A stretch of DNA of 64,000 bases, taken from contig OZ246402.1 in assembly GCA_965230975.1 (NCBI GenBank), positions 864,859 to 928,858 on the forward strand, written 5' to 3'. Every line of letters starts with the position of its first letter. Position 1 is the stretch's first letter. Positions 59,017-64,000 of the stretch are shown here, piece after piece. The notes under the pieces are model-generated. The model saw only the letters and a program-made list of their open reading frames with translations. It did no database searches and was not told the origin of the DNA. The position numbers and the translations under genes are program-made. This stretch comes from an uncultured Candidatus Saccharibacteria bacterium (lineage in GTDB: Bacteria; Patescibacteriota; Dojkabacteria; J137).

Positions 59017-60261
59017 ATGTACAAAATTACAAAATTACATGCAAGACAAATTATCGACTCTAGAGCAACCCCAACGGTAGAAGTTGATTTAACTTTAGAA
59101 GATGGTTTCTTTGGAAGAGCAGCAGTACCTAGTGGAGCATCTACAGGAACACACGAAGCATTAGAATTAAGAGATGGAGACAAATCAAAATGGATGGGAA
59201 AACAAGTTTTAAAAGCAGTAGAAAACGTAAACACAACAATCTTAAATGCAGTATCAAGCCAAGAGTTTAGCACCCAAGAAGAATTAGACATGTTCTTATT
59301 AAAACTTGATGGCACAGATAACAAGTCAAACCTTGGTGCAAATGCAATATTAGGAGTATCTTTAGCATTTGCACATGCTGTTGCAGCATCTAAAGGCGTT
59401 CCACTTTTCAAATACATAAATGAGATTTATGGAGGTGAAATGAGAATGCCAAGACCTATGTTTAACATTATGAACGGTGGTAAGCATGCAAACTGGTCTA
59501 CAGATGTTCAAGAATTTATGGTTGTTATAGAAAATAGACCTTATAGTGAACAATTAAGAGCTGGTTGCGAGATTTTCTTATCTTTAGAAAAAATATTAAA
59601 AGAACAAGGTAAATCAATTAATGTTGGTAACGAAGGTGGATTTGCACCAGGCTTTGCTAACAACGAAGATGCATTCAACGTAATTTCAATGGCTATTGAA
59701 AAAGCAGGGTACAAATTAGGTGAAGATGTATTCTTTGCCTTAGATGTGGCCTCCAGCGAGTTTTTTAATGCAGAAAAAGGTACTTACACATTAAAGACCG
59801 AAAATAGAGAATTAAGTGCTGATGAATGGTTAGAGACGGTTGTTTCTTGGACAGAAAAATATCCTTTCTTGAGTATCGAAGATCCATTTGCAGAAGATGA
59901 TTGGGCTAGCTGGTCTAAATTCACTGCTAGAGTTGGTTCTAAACTACAAATTGTTGGAGATGATTTATTGGTAACTAATATTAAAAGAGTAGAGAGAGCT
60001 ATTAACGAAAAAGCTTGTAATGCTTTATTAGTTAAAGTTAACCAAATTGGTTCATTAACAGAAACTATTCAAGCTATGAAGATGGGTCAAAATGTTGGTT
60101 GGAACAATGTTATGTCTCACAGAAGTGGAGAAACAGAAGATGTTACAATTTCTCACCTTGCAGTTGGTACAGGTTGTGGTCAAATTAAGACTGGAGCCCC
60201 ATCAAGAGGAGAAAGAACTGCTAAGTTTAATGAGTTATTAAGAATTGAAGAGCAACTGTAA
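59017..60261 (+). CDS. eno: enolase (phosphopyruvate hydratase)
   Basis: IIDSRATPTVEVDL, GASTGTHEALELRDGD, SHRSGETED, and IKTGAPSRGERTAKFNELLRIEE enolase signature. Confidence 0.93.
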   Translation: MYKITKLHARQIIDSRATPTVEVDLTLEDGFFGRAAVPSGASTGTHEALELRDGDKSKWMGKQVLKAVENVNTTILNAVSSQEFSTQEELDMFLLKLDGTDNKSNLGANAILGVSLAFAHAVAASKGVPLFKYINEIYGGEMRMPRPMFNIMNGGKHANWSTDVQEFMVVIENRPYSEQLRAGCEIFLSLEKILKEQGKSINVGNEGGFAPGFANNEDAFNVISMAIEKAGYKLGEDVFFALDVASSEFFNAEKGTYTLKTENRELSADEWLETVVSWTEKYPFLSIEDPFAEDDWASWSKFTARVGSKLQIVGDDLLVTNIKRVERAINEKACNALLVKVNQIGSLTETIQAMKMGQNVGWNNVMSHRSGETEDVTISHLAVGTGCGQIKTGAPSRGERTAKFNELLRIEEQL

Positions 60262-60321
60262 TTAGTTTTAAGTTCTAAGTCTTAAGTTATAAGATTTAGA
60301 GCAAAAATATTGTGAAATAAG

Positions 60322-60361
60322 AAAGACCTTCAAAAGAGTAAAATCTTAAGAAGGTCTTTTT
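60322..60361. terminator. hairpin with flanking U tract between eno (+) and the convergent small gene (-)
   Basis: AAAGACCTTC...GAAGGTCTTTTT: 9-bp stem with a long loop. Moderate. Confidence 0.4.
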
Positions 60362-60371
60362 ACTAGAATGT

Positions 60372-60728
60372 TTACCCAAGCGCATTTGTTACTAAAGCAT
60401 TTACATAATCGTAATTGCCATAATTCATTGCCTTATCTAATTCGGTACCTCTACCCAATTGAGGTATAAGAATATCGTAAACAGTATTTATTGGAATAAA
60501 ATGTTCTCTCGCTAGTTTATTCATTATTACTTCAGCTGAAATAAAAATACTAGCGCTTTGCACACTGTCGGTTCTAAGTGCTTCATCAAAGGCTAGTGCT
60601 TGGCCAATAGGTAATGCATTTATTGCAGCTTCAATATCCCCAACTTCTGCATTGAATAATTGACTGAGTATATTTATTGCAGTTGTATAAATATTAGGAT
60701 CGGCTTCAGCTTTAGGTAAATCTGTCAT
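60372..60728 (-). CDS. hypothetical protein, 118 aa
   Basis: ORF only. Confidence 0.45.
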   Translation of the reverse strand: MTDLPKAEADPNIYTTAINILSQLFNAEVGDIEAAINALPIGQALAFDEALRTDSVQSASIFISAEVIMNKLAREHFIPINTVYDILIPQLGRGTELDKAMNYGNYDYVNALVTNALG

Positions 60729-60796
60729 AGGTTTAAATAATCAGTTAAAAGGGATAAGTTAACAGGTAAATTTCAGATTTCAACTTTTTATCAGTC

Positions 60797-61087
60797 TTAT
60801 GACTCTTCAGTACCTTTCAATCCTTCAACTAAAAGGATTATATCTAATAAAGGGTTCTCACTATCTGAAGTAAGAATCTGATTTACTTTGCTTACGAATT
60901 CGGATTGGTTTGCTATTGGTAGTCTTTTAACGAAAGACAAGGAATAGTATTGTACATAATCAGCTCCAATATCTAAACTCATTATCGTCTGTTCTATTTC
61001 ATTTATTTCGAGATTATAAGCCTGTTGAGCTTCTCTGGATTCCCAATATTTTGGGTCTAAAGGATCTGTCTGTGTAGCAAGAGACAT
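60797..61087 (-). CDS. hypothetical protein, 96 aa
   Basis: ORF only. Confidence 0.45.
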   Translation of the reverse strand: MSLATQTDPLDPKYWESREAQQAYNLEINEIEQTIMSLDIGADYVQYYSLSFVKRLPIANQSEFVSKVNQILTSDSENPLLDIILLVEGLKGTEES

Positions 61088-61234
61088 AGAAAATAGTTAA
61101 GAAATAATTTTAAAAATATAACATCTTAAAAATAGGTGTCAATAAAGACTACGGACAAAAATTATATAGGATAAATAGAGTTGTAAATAAAAGCCATATG
61201 TCTTAAACTCCACGTATCAAAAATATCTAATAAA

Positions 61235-61831
61235 ATGCAAGTATCGGTACCTGAATTAATAAGAGAATTATCACTCACTAATGAGAGTTCTTCACCTGAA
61301 GAGATAGCCTCACTAATTGCAGGTTTGTTTGAAACCGCTAATAAAGTACGATTAACCTTTCCCGAACACTTAGCCAATTTCAACACAGGGAATTTAACTG
61401 CGGATTGCCGTTTTCTAATATTCATTTTGGCAAAAGTATTAAATAAAAAAGGAATTCGAACGCAAACAATAATTAGATGTAAAGAAACAAATGAAATTCA
61501 TCCAAAACTACTAGTTACAGACCTAAATGGAGTACTGTATTGCCTACATTTTAAGAAAGATGAAGGCAGAGGTAATTTTAATGTAAAATTTGATAGGATA
61601 TCTGAAGATAAAGTAAATGAATACTCCTTACTTTCGGGTTCTCCCGAATTAGTTAGAGACTACCTGGATAGGCTTCACTCAATAAGGAAACTAATTCCTA
61701 AAGATCCATCTGTAAGACTTGATGCTTTTACCAAAAGAAAAGCATTACAACTTATAGAAGAGGTGGAGATAGAGTTTGAACAATTCACTAATAATAAGTT
61801 CTTTCAAACCTTTAAATCAAAATTTGCATAA
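61235..61831 (+). CDS. hypothetical protein, 198 aa
   Basis: ORF only. Preferred over the overlapping antisense 87-aa ORF. Confidence 0.45.
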   Translation: MQVSVPELIRELSLTNESSSPEEIASLIAGLFETANKVRLTFPEHLANFNTGNLTADCRFLIFILAKVLNKKGIRTQTIIRCKETNEIHPKLLVTDLNGVLYCLHFKKDEGRGNFNVKFDRISEDKVNEYSLLSGSPELVRDYLDRLHSIRKLIPKDPSVRLDAFTKRKALQLIEEVEIEFEQFTNNKFFQTFKSKFA

Positions 61832-61852
61832 AAAAACCTCCCCGAAGGGAGG
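61830..61852. terminator. bidirectional intrinsic terminator
   Basis: AAAAAAA-CCTCCC-GAAG-GGGAGG. The A7 run provides the U tract for the minus-strand gene 61867..62118. The hairpin directly follows the stop of 61235..61831. Confidence 0.55.
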
Positions 61853-61866
61853 CTAAATATCTTTTA

Positions 61867-62118
61867 TTAGATTTCTACACCCATAACTCTGTTTATAATC
61901 TTCTTAACTATCGCTTCTTCTCCCAAGTAGATATTCTCTGTAAATAATTGACGACAAATGGTATCAAACTCTTCTTGATTAATTGTCATTTCACCATTTA
62001 ATATTTCAGAAGCTGCTTTTTTGACATTAGATAAAATAACAACTTCTTGTAGTGTGTCCAAAGGTCTTGTTGGTATTTGATCTGGTTCTGTACCTGGGAC
62101 TCTATCGTAAATTTGCAT
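61867..62118 (-). CDS. hypothetical protein, 83 aa
   Basis: ORF only. Confidence 0.4.
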   Translation of the reverse strand: MQIYDRVPGTEPDQIPTRPLDTLQEVVILSNVKKAASEILNGEMTINQEEFDTICRQLFTENIYLGEEAIVKKIINRVMGVEI

Positions 62119-62237
62119 ACATCTAAGTTAATAAATAAATTGCGACCAGATTATGGCAACAAATAATAATTTTCGTCAAGTAAAAAATTTAGTAATTTTA
62201 GTAAATTAAGTCTTAAGGCTTTTTATAAGATTATAAT

Positions 62238-62546
62238 TTAAACTTCTAACCTAGAAACTGAGCTATCATAAGAGAATCTATCTTTGTATTGATTTAAAGC
62301 AGGGTTTTCTAAAGCAGAAATACCCTTCGCTCTTAAATCTTCCATAACCTTATATGCTAGCCATGGGGACTCTTGCATAACATAATTCAAAAGAGATTTA
62401 TAAAAGCCTGCGTTGCCAGTTTGGACTAAAATTGAATCTAAACCATCTAAAGTAACTTGCAAATCTTCAAACGATGGAGCTTCATCAAAAAAATATAATG
62501 GAAGTGGGTCCTGATCCGAAATAGAATCACTAGGTGTCATAAACAT
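62238..62546 (-). CDS. hypothetical protein, 102 aa
   Basis: ORF only. Confidence 0.4.
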   Translation of the reverse strand: MFMTPSDSISDQDPLPLYFFDEAPSFEDLQVTLDGLDSILVQTGNAGFYKSLLNYVMQESPWLAYKVMEDLRAKGISALENPALNQYKDRFSYDSSVSRLEV

Positions 62547-62633
62547 GACCTTAAAAAATTATAGGTGAATAATAAGATTAAAATCTATGTTTGTAAATAT
62601 TAACTGGTAACAAAATATTACTATTATCGAATC

Positions 62634-63965
62634 CTAGTTGTTTTTCCACTCTTCAAACTCCTGTTTTACATCTTCATAACCTAGCTTACCTAAAACACCA
62701 TACATAGCATTTTTAGAAAGTTCTACACCTGGCTGGTCAAAAGGATTAATTCCTAATGCATAGCCAAACAGAGTTACACTAACCTCAAAGAAATAGAACA
62801 ATTGACCTAAGTGATAAGCATCTACTTTTGGAATAGAGATAGTAGCATGAGGCCGGCCATATTTACTTAAAGAAAAAGCAGTAGTTTCTTGCTCGTAGTT
62901 TAAAATAGATTGCATGCTTTTACCTTGCATAAAATCAAATTGATTAATCCCTTTAAAATCACCTTTTAAAACCGTATCGTTTCTAGATTCCTCAGCTCTT
63001 ATAAATGTATAGAATTTATCGTTTGCTCCCTCATTATAAAGTTGAAGTTGTGAGTGTTGAAATACTGGACCAACAACAGAAATTGGTGTTTGACCTTCAT
63101 TAACTTCTTCACCATTATCGTTAACTTTTTTGCCCAAACTTTCACCCCATAATTGCTGATACCATTTACCTAAGTCTTCTAAACAATATTGGTAATGCAT
63201 CATTACAGATATTGTCTTTCCTTCTTTATAATTTGCAAATTTGTGTAGAGTGTACTCTAAAACATCATCGCGTTCACCTTCTTTACTTGATTTTATTAAT
63301 TCGTGTAAATCTTGTGCTCCTTGCAACATAGAACTTACATCTATACCAAGTAAATGTGCCGGAATAGAACCAACTGTTGATAGCACTGAGAATCTACCCC
63401 CTACATCACCTGGGAATTCCATTGTTTTGTAACCGCCCTCCTGAGCGATCTCTCTTAAGCTACCATTTGTTTTATCTGTAATAAATGCAATAAATTGTTT
63501 TGGGTCTAATTTTGCTTGTAAATATTGTTCTCTAACATAAACAAAAGTTGAAGCTTGTTCTATAGTATTACCTGATTTTGATACAACTAAAAACAATGTT
63601 CTTTCTAAATTTAATATATCAAATAAAGATGTTAAGTTTTCTGGGTCCGGACTGTCACCAATAAAATAGATTTTTGGTTCGTTATTTAGTGTTATATCTG
63701 CAAATTCGTTGTAATGAGGGTGAAGGAGTGCACTTACTATTGCTCTTGTGCCAAGGTCTGAACCGCCTATTCCAATTACTACAATTGCTTTTTTATCTTT
63801 TATTAATTCGTCTGCAATTTTAAATTGTGGTAATAAATCTCCGTAATTGTATGGAAGTTTTTTAAAGCCTAAATCTTGGGTTAAGAATTTCTTTTTTGCT
63901 TCTTGTAAAAGTGGTCTATAGTTAGAGGAATTGGCTTGAGTGTGTTTTAGGTTTACAGATATCAT
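62634..63965 (-). CDS. pgi: glucose-6-phosphate isomerase
   Basis: SIS domain AIVVIGIGGSDLGTRA, GGRFSVLSTVG, and conserved catalytic-region motifs. 443 aa. Confidence 0.88.
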   Translation of the reverse strand: MISVNLKHTQANSSNYRPLLQEAKKKFLTQDLGFKKLPYNYGDLLPQFKIADELIKDKKAIVVIGIGGSDLGTRAIVSALLHPHYNEFADITLNNEPKIYFIGDSPDPENLTSLFDILNLERTLFLVVSKSGNTIEQASTFVYVREQYLQAKLDPKQFIAFITDKTNGSLREIAQEGGYKTMEFPGDVGGRFSVLSTVGSIPAHLLGIDVSSMLQGAQDLHELIKSSKEGERDDVLEYTLHKFANYKEGKTISVMMHYQYCLEDLGKWYQQLWGESLGKKVNDNGEEVNEGQTPISVVGPVFQHSQLQLYNEGANDKFYTFIRAEESRNDTVLKGDFKGINQFDFMQGKSMQSILNYEQETTAFSLSKYGRPHATISIPKVDAYHLGQLFYFFEVSVTLFGYALGINPFDQPGVELSKNAMYGVLGKLGYEDVKQEFEEWKNN

Positions 63966-64000
63966 AAGCGTATTTATTAAATATACAAATACGCAAAGTA

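Noticed and set aside
61162-61425. 87-aa minus-strand ORF overlapping the 198-aa plus-strand ORF
   Set aside because: The longer plus-strand ORF is followed by a clean terminator. Only one of the two is likely real.

Overview
AT-rich (roughly one-third GC by eye), gene-dense bacterial window using the standard genetic code. Almost no Shine-Dalgarno motifs are visible before start codons. Gene content and several unusually compact proteins (MetK of about 318 aa, PilC of 361 aa, Dda-like helicase of 388 aa) suggest a reduced-genome, CPR/Patescibacteria-like organism; this is inference only. Recognisable content, in order: a Dcm-type C5 cytosine methyltransferase with a tightly coupled unknown partner (candidate type II R-M), followed by a block of uncharacterised genes that includes a DUF3800-like protein. 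Next comes metK preceded by a SAM-I riboswitch with a clear terminator/antiterminator. A complete-looking type IV pilus operon follows on the minus strand (PilX-like and minor pilins, PilC, PilB, an intrinsic terminator, then a major pilin with a long basic leader). It is paired divergently with a 2,896-aa repeat-rich surface protein: four units of about 180 aa, then eleven FN3-like units of about 123 aa, then a C-terminal double TM/beta-sandwich anchor. That anchor recurs as a standalone 388-aa membrane protein elsewhere in the window. Housekeeping and repair genes: csp, xth, a DnaQ exonuclease/GIY-YIG (Cho-like) fusion, msrA, eno, pgi, hemW, azoR, a P1B-type ATPase, an ABC-F ATPase, a BdbC/DsbB-like protein, and tRNA-Arg(TCG). 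There is also an Erm-like (KsgA/Erm family) rRNA adenine methyltransferase with a good sigma70-like promoter and a candidate leader ORF. No CRISPR array, integrase or transposase was seen. Many ORFs have no assignable function.
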